From contig AP024666.1 in NCBI GenBank assembly GCA_024346625.1, positions 372,001 through 436,000 on the forward strand: DNA of 64,000 bases, written 5' to 3'. The position numbers and the translations under genes were made by a program. The stretch comes from Williopsis jadinii (Eukaryota). Of the stretch, positions 53,999-64,000 are shown one piece after another (position 1 is the first letter of the stretch; each line of letters begins with the position of its first letter). A model generated the notes under the pieces. That model ran no database searches, was not told the origin of the DNA, and worked only from the letters and a program-made list of their open reading frames with translations.

Positions 53999-55405
53999 AT
54001 GAGATTTTCAACAGCAGTTCTTGTGTCGATTTTCACGGCCATCACTGCTTCTGCAAGTTGTTCTTATGAAGGTGGAAACTACTTCTGTAGCAACGTCGAC
54101 GCCATTACCTATGAGAATGTCGGATATTCTGGTACATACAAGGATGTTACCAATATGGATGAAACCACATGTCAATGTTCTCAAGAAAGTGTTTCATTCT
54201 CAGGTTCTAACTCACCATTGGATGAGCAGCTCTCAGTGCATTTCAGAGGTCCTCTGAGACTTTTGCAGTTTGGTTTCTACTCTCCATCCTCCACCTCTTC
54301 AAAGAAGAAGAGAGATTTGGTTGAAGAGGACTGTTCAACCACAAAGCACATTCATCATGCCCACAAGAGAGAACCAGCTACCCATATTGTTGCAGTCACC
54401 GAGACTGTCTATGTCAATGCTGACGGTGAAGTCGTTACTCAGAACACTCAGGCCACTTCTCAGCAAACTACCACAACGTTGATTGGTGGCACTGCTGCTG
54501 GCACAGCTTCTAGCCAAAACACAGCAAATACAGCAAACACTGTGAGTACTGTGAACACCAACACTGTGAGTACTGTGAACACCAACACTGCCACTACTGC
54601 TTCTCCAACAACCACTGGCACTACTTCTACTTCTTCCACTTCTTCCACTAGCGCTACTGCCACTTCCACCGCTGGTACCGACTCTGCTTGGGTCAGATCC
54701 TCCTACTACACTCCTGGTAGTACCGACAACTGTGTTTTCTTGAACACTCTTGGTGGTTCCTCTTCAGGTGTTTTCTCATCATGTTTCGGTAACTCTTTAT
54801 CTTATTGTTCCGCTGATGGTTCAAGTGCAGCTTCTTCCGCACAAGCATTGAATGATGTTTTGCTTACTTCTGACCAAGAGTATGCTATCTTTTCAGGTGA
54901 AGCCTGTTCGGGTTCCTCATGTGGTTATTACAGATCTGGTATTCCAGCATACGAAGGATTCGGAGGTTCCGAGAAGATCTTTGTCTTTGAATTTGAAATG
55001 CCTCATGAGGATGGTGCATCTGGTTCTAACCCAGATATGCCAGCTATCTGGTTGTTGAATGCTAAGATTCCAAGAACTTTGCAATACGGTGATGCCACTT
55101 GTTCATGTTGGTCCACTGGCTGTGGTGAGCTCGATCTGTTCGAGGTCTTGCTTGAGGGTGATGAGAGATTGATTTCTCATTTACACGATGGTCAAGGTAA
55201 TGATGGTACCTCTTACGGTGGTGGTGGTTCCCAAGATTACTTCACCAGACCAACTTCTGGATCCATGAAGGGTGCCGTAATTTTCTCCGGTTCTAGCATT
55301 ACCCTTGTTAAACTCGACGATTCAACCACTTTCGGATCTGGTCTCTCTGCTGACACAGTCAACGAATGGTTAGCCACAGAGGGTGCTGTTGCCCAATTGG
55401 TTTAA
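53999..55405 (+). CDS. TOS1: Secreted/cell-wall protein, Tos1 family
   Basis: Signal peptide, SPLDEQLSVHFRGPL, KKKR processing site, Ser/Thr-rich linker, DMPAIWLLNAKIPRTLQYG..CSCWSTGCGELDLFE. Confidence 0.93.
   Translation: MRFSTAVLVSIFTAITASASCSYEGGNYFCSNVDAITYENVGYSGTYKDVTNMDETTCQCSQESVSFSGSNSPLDEQLSVHFRGPLRLLQFGFYSPSSTSSKKKRDLVEEDCSTTKHIHHAHKREPATHIVAVTETVYVNADGEVVTQNTQATSQQTTTTLIGGTAAGTASSQNTANTANTVSTVNTNTVSTVNTNTATTASPTTTGTTSTSSTSSTSATATSTAGTDSAWVRSSYYTPGSTDNCVFLNTLGGSSSGVFSSCFGNSLSYCSADGSSAASSAQALNDVLLTSDQEYAIFSGEACSGSSCGYYRSGIPAYEGFGGSEKIFVFEFEMPHEDGASGSNPDMPAIWLLNAKIPRTLQYGDATCSCWSTGCGELDLFEVLLEGDERLISHLHDGQGNDGTSYGGGGSQDYFTRPTSGSMKGAVIFSGSSITLVKLDDSTTFGSGLSADTVNEWLATEGAVAQLV
54536..54590 (+). 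repeat. 24-bp coding tandem repeat (NTVSTVNT x2) in the TOS1 linker
   Basis: AACACTGTGAGTACTGTGAACACC twice, plus a partial third copy. Confidence 0.9.
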
Positions 55406-55894
55406 ATTAAGGACGAGCAAATAAAGGTTTAATGGTTTAGTTGTGATTGTATATTAGACAGATTATTATATATTAAAAGGTACTCTTGTTTTATTATGTT
55501 AATTTGACAATCCGCCCATGTAGCCGAATTTTCAACGAGGCGCAGTCCAAAAAACAACAGCCTGAGGAACTTTTCCACGGAGCGGAGTTCAGCATCAGAT
55601 ATATTCATCTAAATCTACAACAAAATGGTGATTTCAAAAAAGGAACATGTTGCACAGATTGTTCGTTATATATATGTAGATACATTGTTCAACACCGTTA
55701 AGTTTCCCACGGACTATTATAAGCATGGTTGCTCAAGTAAACGATTGACAGTGAAGATCTTAACGTCGGGTCATGGCGTCATTAAAAAAAAGTATCAGCT
55801 TCTTTTGATTTGTGTTCGATATTACTCGAACGATGCAGTTGTAGTATGGTTTGTAGACAGGACACAGCGGATGAGCGAGTGTATAACCACGGAA

Positions 55895-56935
55895 CTAAAC
55901 ACCTTCGGTCTTCAATTTCAAAGCCTGTTCTTGTGGTTTTTGCAACTCATACCCTGTCAGATTTGAATTCTTTCTATTTCTTCTAGCCTGACTCTTTCTG
56001 GAGTATTTTTTCCAGAGCGTCGTGACAAAGTTGTTTTTGTAACCTCCATTGATGAGCCAGAGGTAAAGTCTGTACTCACCATACAGCAACACGGCAGCAA
56101 TGGCGAACCCACCTAGAACGGCAAGACCGATGTGTCTGCCCAGTCCCTTGATGAAGTTTGCATCACCCAAGTGCCAAGAAGATCCCTCCAAGATGGAGAA
56201 GAAGGAGTTTGTATGCTTTTTGTAATCCTCTGGGAACATAATTTTCACTGCAGCAGAGGCAGGAACTTGCACCCAACGTCTATAGCGTTTCCAAATGACA
56301 GAGAGGAACAAAGGCCCAGTGGTGTACATGATGGTCAAGTAAGGTATGAGGTAGTTCATATGATACTTTTGGAGGTTATCGACCACTTTCAAAAAGAAAG
56401 GATGCTTTGGCACTGCTCCCATGACATCATTCGAGATACCCGTTGGGATCGTCTTTCTGACAAACGCTGGAACCGTCAATAGCGGGTCCAAACGTCTCTC
56501 ACAGGCAACGTCGAGGTCGATGTACACACCACCGTAGTGGATGAGGGCAAAGTATCTGATCACATCAGCACGCTGGATGTTGTACTTGTACCCGTCAAAG
56601 GTTTCCAAGAACCAAGGGTACTGTTCCGAGATGAAATCTCTCGCCATTTCATCGGTCCAGAGGATGTACTGATAGTCTGGGTGCAAGTTGATACACTTCT
56701 GTTGACCAGGGAGCCATTTCTCAGGGATGTTCGTGTCCTTATACGTCTGATGTATTATCTTTGGGATAAGCTGTGGTTTTGGTGGTGTGCCCTTTGGCGG
56801 GTTCAGATCCAAGTCAGTCAGTTGATCTGCAAACGAATCGTCGTAGATGAGGGTCAACAAATCGAAAACGTTATAGAGCAAGATCAACGCCACAATGACG
56901 TGGGCCCAAAGCATAAACAAGAGCTCTCTTCTCAT
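55895..56935 (-). CDS. SUR1: Mannosyl-inositol-phosphorylceramide synthase (GT32)
   Basis: IPKIIHQTYK, IQRADVIRYF, GGVYIDLD (DxD), YTTGPLFLS; SUR1/CSH1 family, next to TOS1 as CSH1 is in S. cerevisiae. Confidence 0.92.
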   Translation of the reverse strand: MRRELLFMLWAHVIVALILLYNVFDLLTLIYDDSFADQLTDLDLNPPKGTPPKPQLIPKIIHQTYKDTNIPEKWLPGQQKCINLHPDYQYILWTDEMARDFISEQYPWFLETFDGYKYNIQRADVIRYFALIHYGGVYIDLDVACERRLDPLLTVPAFVRKTIPTGISNDVMGAVPKHPFFLKVVDNLQKYHMNYLIPYLTIMYTTGPLFLSVIWKRYRRWVQVPASAAVKIMFPEDYKKHTNSFFSILEGSSWHLGDANFIKGLGRHIGLAVLGGFAIAAVLLYGEYRLYLWLINGGYKNNFVTTLWKKYSRKSQARRNRKNSNLTGYELQKPQEQALKLKTEGV

Positions 56936-59223
56936 GATTGGCGAGACAGCAAAGCTATAGGTTCACTCTGGAAGGACTCACAAAGCCGTAACGCACACGG
57001 GAACGGTCAAAGTGGATGTAGGAAAATAAGGGGAAAACCAACCAACCAATGGACTTGAAAAAGCTCTGACAGGTGGTTTCTGAACTGGACTGCCTTTAAT
57101 GTTATCCTTTTCTTCAGTCTGGAGATCCTCCGTCGCCCTCTGTCTGATAACAACGAAGTGATTGAATTAGAGGAGGTTTGTGTTTGGAGCGAGAATACAC
57201 AACAAATGCAAAACCGAAAAGAAAAGGCGAAGCGGAAAAGAAAACAAAAATCAAAACACGCGAGCGTAAATTTGTGGTTTTATTTGTTTTTCTTTTACGT
57301 GTGGGTGGAAGGGGGAATTTAGGGAGATTTATAAGGATAAACAAGCAGGCAAAGCAAGAAAAAAGAAAGGGGGAGGGAAAAATGGGCGACGACCAGCACG
57401 CGCGAAATTTTGGGGGAAAAACAACCAAAAAGACGTTACCGCGGATGGAATTTTTCCTTACGCAGTAGCGTGTGGCCCAGTGAGAGAGGCAGGGGGGCCC
57501 ATTTGCGTTTGAAGGGGATTTGGGAGCGAGAGAGAGGGAGGTGGAGCAGCAGCGCAATAGAAAATTGTTCAAGTGAAGAACAACGAAAAAAAAAAGAAAT
57601 GTTTCCGGGACAACACAAATTTGCTAAGACGGTGATGGAGTGACGGTGAAAAAAAGGAAGAGAGAGCAAAAAGGGGTAAAAAGCAGTAAAGAAACCCGTC
57701 TTGTGTAGAATCGGGATACGCACTGTGACGTTTGATTTGTCCGCTTTGGTAAGTGTTGCAAGGGAAGTGAAAAAAAACAGAGACTGAACATACAGAACTT
57801 ACAACAAGGGTGGGAAACCAATATTTGGGATTTGGGTATCTCCGGAGTGGTTGTTAGTTATGCTAAGTATAGAACAGACACATTGTCTGTGTCAGCCACC
57901 GATATGTTTCAACAGGCGCTGAAAACCTATGACGCGGTGTGTTTGTATTGGTCTGTGGCTTATGCATGCTATTTAAAACTGTGGGTTGTGTGGGAAAGTA
58001 GAAATCGAGCACAGGTGCTCTCGGGGACAATTGGCTGGTATTTTTCAAGCAAGAGAGGAGTTTTGAGCTTTAGGTGGGTATATTGAATTGACTTCGAAAC
58101 TGTTAGAAGGCGGAGTAGAGATCACTGCCGATGACCGTGCGTACAACGTTGTGAACAGCAACTATGAGACGCGAGCTCGTTGAGAGTAACAAGCTGAGAT
58201 TATCTTACAGATGACGTTAGAGAGCGACATCCCGTCCCCTATTCCTAAAACGCTTCGGAAATTGGGAAGGGCAAGAGAGACTGGTGATTGTGTAGGACTC
58301 AGCCGGTGAAGTACACAGTATAACGTGCTCTGTGAATGACACAGATCATAGACTCCGCCTCCTTATGATGTTCCCAACTTCCAGACATGCATATGTGCAT
58401 GCTGATAGTGTTACCTACGGTCTATATACAGTTTAGCGTTTAGCCGTTGATATACAGATACGGTTTGTGAACTTTGACCCCCCTCCCCCATGGTTGACTT
58501 GACGTTGTGACACATGGGCAAAGTTGTGCCGGAGGGCGCAAGTTTCAAATCTGAGAACAAATCACTTGCTAATGAGCCATGGAGTAAGGTTTCCTTGATC
58601 GTCCCTCTCGGTTAACCTAAATGTCATGATACGATGCCCACTGTTAACTTCGTGTTTTAGATCATTCTCTAAACCCGGTTTACGACATCTCCGGTGCTGT
58701 CGTCTAACCAGGATCAACTGACCCTTTTCCTACACTGAACTACCTGCCTCATCTGTTTGTCTCCATAACGCCACCACCAAAGCGTAAACGCAAAAACACA
58801 TCTGATTTGGAACTATCCAACCAGAAAACAGTACTCCACGTCACCAAACCACTCACTACTCACAGCACCGCCCAGTGCCCAGGATTTTTCCGCAAATGTG
58901 CCTCTGCCACCTCCCATACTGGCACTTGCGATGCAAAAGAAAAGACACACACTAAAATGCTCTCTTTTCCTTCACTGCAGTTACCCCTAAACTGCTGCGC
59001 ATACCGATGCAGTTGTTCTTGGGTAAGAAGTTTCCCAATTGGGTAATCAGTAGTGTTTCGGTTTTACAGACCGGGATATCGGTACGCGCAGCACCATGGA
59101 TCAAAGCTTGCTCTGCTGACGACGGTTTGTTTACTTTTCGTTCTTGTGTCAGTGTTTTGGAGCTGACTGATGCCTTCTTTGGGTAGCGCATGTCCAGGGT
59201 TCGAGCTGATTTCTATAGACGAA

Positions 59224-62200
59224 ATGAAAGGTACAGTACGAAAGGTACAGCCTTCCATCTCACAGTTCTTCAGTCCGAGCAGGAAGAGACAACAGACCAG
59301 ACCAACATCATCTTCAAATGATGATGTTACCATTGTAGTTTTAGACGATGATGAGGAAAAATCAGACGTTGCCGAAACGGTTGTTGATAAAACAGCGGTT
59401 GACAAAGCATGCGATGGAGATGAAAAGGATAGGGTACGAAGATTTGGATATGACAAGGCATACACTGAAAATGAACCACCAAAGGAAGTAACTGCTGTAC
59501 GTGAACGATTTAGAAAAACTTTAAGCCAGCGTGTATTTGATCGTCCAGGCTCTAAAGTGAATGAAGATGGTGATGAGATAGACGACGAGGATAATGATTC
59601 ATTTCCAGCACAACCAGCTGCTAAGAGAACGAAGAAATCAAAGCTGACACCACTCGATGAACAAGTGAAGGAGTTGAAATTGCAGCATATGGATAAAGTG
59701 CTCGCTATCCAGGTTGGTTACAAGTACAAGTTTTTCTGTCAAGATGCTGTGAGCGTTCACAAGATCTTGAACATTATGCTCGTCCCAGGTAAGTTAAACT
59801 TGATTAATGAAACGGCAGCTGATATGCTATATCATAAACTGGCATACTGTTCCATCCCAGAAAACAGACTCCATATTCATCTACAGAGGTTGTTGGATAA
59901 AGGGTTAAAAGTTGGTATTGTTGATCAGGCAGAGGCAAGTGCAGTGAAGACCTTGGATGACTCAAGACCAGCTTCATCATTGTTCAAGCGGAAATTGTCG
60001 AAAGTTTTCACAAAGGCAACATATATCGAATACGATGAAAAGAACTCGGGAGTGAAAGATGACCGTGCAGTGGATTCTCTAATGTCCATTATAGAGCATA
60101 ACTCATCTGATGGTAAGCTACACATAACAATTGTCACTGTACAACCTTTAACTGGCGAGATTATTTACGATGAATTTGAAGCAGACTTTCTCAGAAATGA
60201 ACTCAACACCAGGTTACATCATTTGGAGCCAATAGAGATACTGTATTTTGAGGATTCATTATCTGAATTGACAATTCAGACACTGGATGCTTTTGTTCGT
60301 CAGAACTCATCGACAAATATCAGAAAAACAACATTCCCATTACTGAAGAAAACGTACTACGATGTTTACATGAACAACTATGTATCACAGTGGCCTCAAC
60401 TGTTTGATTTCATGTCGTCAAAGTCGCCACAGTTCCAAATTGCAACTGCATTACTACTTGATTATTTGAGAGAGTTTGACCTTGATGCTGCTTTCCACAT
60501 TGAAGAGAACTATAAGAACTTTCAAGATCATACGCACATGAAATTGAATGCCTTAACACTACAGAATTTGGAATTATTCCAAAACTCAACAAATGGAGAA
60601 GAGTATGGGAGTCTTTTATGGTTGATGAACCATACTCGTACCAAGTTCGGGTTTCGTCTTTTGAGAAAATGGATCTCTCAACCGTTAGTTCAGAGGGAAC
60701 AGATAGAACAAAGACTAGATGCCATTGGAAATATCCACGATTCCTATAATCACTTTTTGGAAAGTTTTGCTTCCCTGTTGAAGAATTGTCCTGATTTAGA
60801 AAAGATCCTGAACCGCATACACTACGGCAAAGTTGGACATAAGGAACTCTACGTTTTCTTGAACAAACTCAACGAATTCAACAATTTGATAACCAAGTTT
60901 GGAAGGTTTGATATTTTGACAGGTTTAAACTCTCCGTTGTTAAAAACATTGTTCAGCAACATGATCCAACTATGCTTGGACTTGGAAATAAACAAAATTC
61001 TGAACATGATACGCTCACCAAGTGCGCTATCAGAGGATCCTGATGAGCGTATGTTGACATATTTTGTTTTGGAAAATTTAACAATAAACCATGATTCAGT
61101 GCTTCAAGAGCAAGCTGAAATCAAGAACATTGAGAAATCTTTTGAACAAGAGTTGAAGCACTGCAGCACAATTCTCAAGAAGCCTCACCTTCAATACGTG
61201 ACCAAGTCAAAAGAGCCATACCTAATTGAGGTTCACAATGCAAATCTCAAGAAAGTACCAAAAGAGTGGATCAAGATTTCATCCACAAAGCTGGTATCAA
61301 GATTCAGAACACCAACCACAAACAAGCTTTACAAAGAACAGCTTTACCACAGAGAGCTCTATAAGCAGGCATGTTACGATGTTTTTGACGAATTCACCTC
61401 TGAAGTTGACAAACACTATACCCAGTTTTCTAAATTTATACGCTGCCTTTCTGAATATGACTGCATACTCTCTCTTGCAGCAACATCATCCGTAACCGGG
61501 TTCACCAAGCCAGTGTTTGTCGACGAAAGAATCGTCCGTATTCATCAGGGACGGAACCCCATCGTGGAACATTTCTCTAATTTTGTTTCTAATTCTACAA
61601 ACCTGTCCCCCCAGTGTCAATGCTCTATAGTAACAGGGCCAAACATGGGTGGTAAATCGTCTTATGTCAAACAGATTGCATTGATCATTATAATGGCGCA
61701 GATTGGATGCTATGTCCCTGCAGAATCTTCCACGTTAGGCATTTTCAGCACCATACTAACAAGAATGGGTGCCCAAGACGATTTACTGAAGGGAGAGAGT
61801 ACCTTTTTCACTGAGATGTCTCAAATGATGAGTATCCTGAATGAAATGTCCGTGAAAGGCAACAAATTGGTGATACTTGATGAACTGGGTCGTGGAACAG
61901 GAACGGCAGATGGTATTGCCTTAGCAGAAGCTATACTGGAGTACATCCTCCAAGAGGAGAATGATACGTTGACACTATTCATTACACATTTCCCCAGCAT
62001 TTGTAAATTAAGTGAAAAGTACTCAGGCGTCCAGAATTTTCACATGGGCTATATCGAAGAAAGATCGAAAGAAGGCGACTGGCCAAAGGTTACGTTTTTG
62101 TATAATTTAGTGGAAGGTATGGCCAAGAATTCGTATGGACTTAATGTTGCAAAGCTTGCTGGTGTTGACGATGTATTAATTCAAAGGGCTTTCGAGATAA

Positions 62201-62343
62201 GTGAGACTCGTCGGGTCCAAGTCGAGCAACATCAATCATTCAAGGAAACGCTAGCAGTAAGAGATGAATTTCAAAGAGTAACACAAGGAGAGGGTGAATT
62301 GAAGAGTGTCATGAGACTCAAGAAGTACATCGACGAGTGTTGA
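59224..62343 (+). CDS. MSH3: MutS-beta mismatch repair subunit
   Basis: PIP box QPSISQFF after ATG 59224 (an upstream ATG at 59170 is also in frame), Msh3-type VGYKYKFF, TGPNMGGKSS, DELGRGT, SYGLNVAKLA; adjacent to KIN82 as in S. cerevisiae. Confidence 0.93.
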   Translation: MKGTVRKVQPSISQFFSPSRKRQQTRPTSSSNDDVTIVVLDDDEEKSDVAETVVDKTAVDKACDGDEKDRVRRFGYDKAYTENEPPKEVTAVRERFRKTLSQRVFDRPGSKVNEDGDEIDDEDNDSFPAQPAAKRTKKSKLTPLDEQVKELKLQHMDKVLAIQVGYKYKFFCQDAVSVHKILNIMLVPGKLNLINETAADMLYHKLAYCSIPENRLHIHLQRLLDKGLKVGIVDQAEASAVKTLDDSRPASSLFKRKLSKVFTKATYIEYDEKNSGVKDDRAVDSLMSIIEHNSSDGKLHITIVTVQPLTGEIIYDEFEADFLRNELNTRLHHLEPIEILYFEDSLSELTIQTLDAFVRQNSSTNIRKTTFPLLKKTYYDVYMNNYVSQWPQLFDFMSSKSPQFQIATALLLDYLREFDLDAAFHIEENYKNFQDHTHMKLNALTLQNLELFQNSTNGEEYGSLLWLMNHTRTKFGFRLLRKWISQPLVQREQIEQRLDAIGNIHDSYNHFLESFASLLKNCPDLEKILNRIHYGKVGHKELYVFLNKLNEFNNLITKFGRFDILTGLNSPLLKTLFSNMIQLCLDLEINKILNMIRSPSALSEDPDERMLTYFVLENLTINHDSVLQEQAEIKNIEKSFEQELKHCSTILKKPHLQYVTKSKEPYLIEVHNANLKKVPKEWIKISSTKLVSRFRTPTTNKLYKEQLYHRELYKQACYDVFDEFTSEVDKHYTQFSKFIRCLSEYDCILSLAATSSVTGFTKPVFVDERIVRIHQGRNPIVEHFSNFVSNSTNLSPQCQCSIVTGPNMGGKSSYVKQIALIIIMAQIGCYVPAESSTLGIFSTILTRMGAQDDLLKGESTFFTEMSQMMSILNEMSVKGNKLVILDELGRGTGTADGIALAEAILEYILQEENDTLTLFITHFPSICKLSEKYSGVQNFHMGYIEERSKEGDWPKVTFLYNLVEGMAKNSYGLNVAKLAGVDDVLIQRAFEISETRRVQVEQHQSFKETLAVRDEFQRVTQGEGELKSVMRLKKYIDEC

Positions 62344-62443
62344 TTACAAGTGATTGAAGTGATAATTGTGAATTGTCATGCAAGCGATATAAGTATATAG
62401 TTAGAAAAGAGAGATCCTTCTGTTTTTTTGTTCTTCAGTTAAT

Positions 62444-64000
62444 TTAAGACTTTGTAGAACGAAACAAGCTTTTGCTGTTTGTTCTAAACCTATTGTTAGC
62501 TCCTGTTGAAGTATAGCTAATACTTCCATATGAGTTTCCTGCACCGTACAAAACAGCCTCATCTTCGTAATTGTTTCCATCATGGATTAGGGTCATTGAA
62601 TCGAATCCTTCAAATGGGTTATTTTCATCAGCCTCCGGCTCAATGCTTTCCTCTTTGGAAATATCGATCGATGATGATGTTTTATTCTTGTTTCTGTGGA
62701 AATCAGCGCCTGTCTTTGATAAAACAGGGATCATTGGAGGCGATTGATTTCTCAACAGTGCCCATTGTACGTTTTTGAAGAACGGGTGATTCTTGATGTC
62801 AGATGCCCCCAATTTAGAACCCAATCTCTTGTTTTCATCTTTGATTAGAAGCTTTTTGATGAGGTTCTTGCACTGCGATGTTATATGCTGAGAGTCTGGG
62901 AAAACAATATCCGATTTCAGAATATTCGAGAATGTTTGATTACGGTTTGCACCTTTGAACGGAGTCGTTCCGAAAAGCATCTCGTAGATCAAGATACCCA
63001 AGGTCCACCAGTCAACTGCTGCTGTATGACCAGTCCCCCTAATAACTTCCGGAGCAATGTACTCTTCAGTACCGACAAATGAGTTTGTTCTGAATCCATC
63101 AATGCATGCTTTGGTATCCAAAGTCATCAAGGTTTTATTTGTTGCGTTGGCTGTAGACATTGATGGATTCTTCATGCTTCTTGTCTGTTTGGACAAGTCA
63201 AAATCTGAAAGCATAATATGTCCTGACTGATGCAGTAGGATATTCTCTGGTTTCAGATCTCTATAAATGAATCCCATGAGGTGTAGATATTCCAGTGCAG
63301 CAGTCACCTCGGCAGCGTAGAATCTTGCATCCTGTTCAGATATGCATTTAGTCTTTCTCGTCTGTAAGGCCCTGAAGAACTCACCACCCATACAGTACTC
63401 CATACACAGGTAGAGATAGTCCTCAGATTGGAACGTATGGTATAATGTGACGATGAACGGATGGTTCGAAGTTGCCAAAATCTCTTGTTCAGCCAAGGCC
63501 CTCTTGATCTTGTTTCTCTGGATCATCTCCTTCTTACTCAACACCTTCATAGCGTATAGCCTGTTTGTTGCCTTCTCACGCACGAGGTAAACCCTTCCAA
63601 AATCACCTTTTCCCAATGGCCTTATCTTCTCAAAAGACTGTGGACCAACTTGAACATCTGCAACTTTGATAGCATTGGAGCTGATGAAAGACTTGTTTCG
63701 AGGTCTTCTACTTTCAGAGATCTCACCGAGTTTCTTCTGTTGATCGTGTGCCTCCTTCAAGTTGAACGGAGCGGATGCTACTCTTCTCAATATTGGTTTT
63801 GTAGGCGGTGATGCCATCTCAATCCCAGACTGGCCCTGGTGGCCCTGCGCTTGTCCTTGCTCTTGCTCTTGATGCTGATTCTGTCGTTCCTGTCCATGGC
63901 GCTCCTCTTTTATCTGGTTCAGCGATGATTTAGAGCTTCCATGTGTCTTCTTCAGCGACAGATTTTGTCCTTCATACTGATGTTGGTCTCCCTCGGCGTG
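62444..64000 (-). CDS. KIN82: AGC-family flippase kinase, 3' part; starts beyond the right window edge
   Basis: [54 protein letters not shown] (KIN82/FPK1). The frame stays open from 63817 to 64000. Confidence 0.9.
   Translation of the reverse strand, partial: HAEGDQHQYEGQNLSLKKTHGSSKSSLNQIKEERHGQERQNQHQEQEQGQAQGHQGQSGIEMASPPTKPILRRVASAPFNLKEAHDQQKKLGEISESRRPRNKSFISSNAIKVADVQVGPQSFEKIRPLGKGDFGRVYLVREKATNRLYAMKVLSKKEMIQRNKIKRALAEQEILATSNHPFIVTLYHTFQSEDYLYLCMEYCMGGEFFRALQTRKTKCISEQDARFYAAEVTAALEYLHLMGFIYRDLKPENILLHQSGHIMLSDFDLSKQTRSMKNPSMSTANATNKTLMTLDTKACIDGFRTNSFVGTEEYIAPEVIRGTGHTAAVDWWTLGILIYEMLFGTTPFKGANRNQTFSNILKSDIVFPDSQHITSQCKNLIKKLLIKDENKRLGSKLGASDIKNHPFFKNVQWALLRNQSPPMIPVLSKTGADFHRNKNKTSSSIDISKEESIEPEADENNPFEGFDSMTLIHDGNNYEDEAVLYGAGNSYGSISYTSTGANNRFRTNSKSLFRSTKS

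Noticed and set aside
56936..59223. ncRNA or small genes in the SUR1-MSH3 divergent interval
   Set aside because: Short ORFs reflect purine/pyrimidine-biased promoter sequence; no recognisable RNA motif beyond a small hairpin near 57873-57889.

Overview
Budding-yeast (Saccharomycotina) nuclear DNA. CTG reads as Leu at conserved kinase positions, short spliceosomal introns are frequent and a complex I subunit is present, which suggests a non-Saccharomycetaceae, non-CTG-clade yeast such as a Phaffomycetaceae member (inference). Most of the window is conserved genes: LTE1 (partial), JEM1, CWC23, GWT1, PHS1, MRPL49, BCK1, TOK1, SRS2, a TatD nuclease, SAP185/190, SEC24, ACT1, an IOC3-like gene, CWC27, NDUFA9/NUEM, YSY6, TOS1, SUR1/CSH1, MSH3 and KIN82/FPK1 (partial), plus tRNA-Gly(GCC) and initiator tRNA-Met. 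The standout is a ~6 kb island directly downstream of tRNA-Gly (about 3365-9500). It holds a spliced ~1285-aa gene whose C-terminal two-thirds has the ordered motifs of a CACTA/En-Spm (CMC) DDE transposase with an apparently altered active site, fused to an unrecognised N-terminal domain. A decayed tandem paralog of that N-terminal domain and a CACTG-starting, repeat-containing terminus-like region lie beside it. Other accessory genes are a class III aminotransferase, a PlsB/GNPAT-type acyltransferase ending in PTS1-like SKI, and a bacterial-type DUF2075 helicase. A 4.3 kb gene-free region lies between tRNA-iMet and TOS1. All family calls come from motif recognition by eye; no searches were run.
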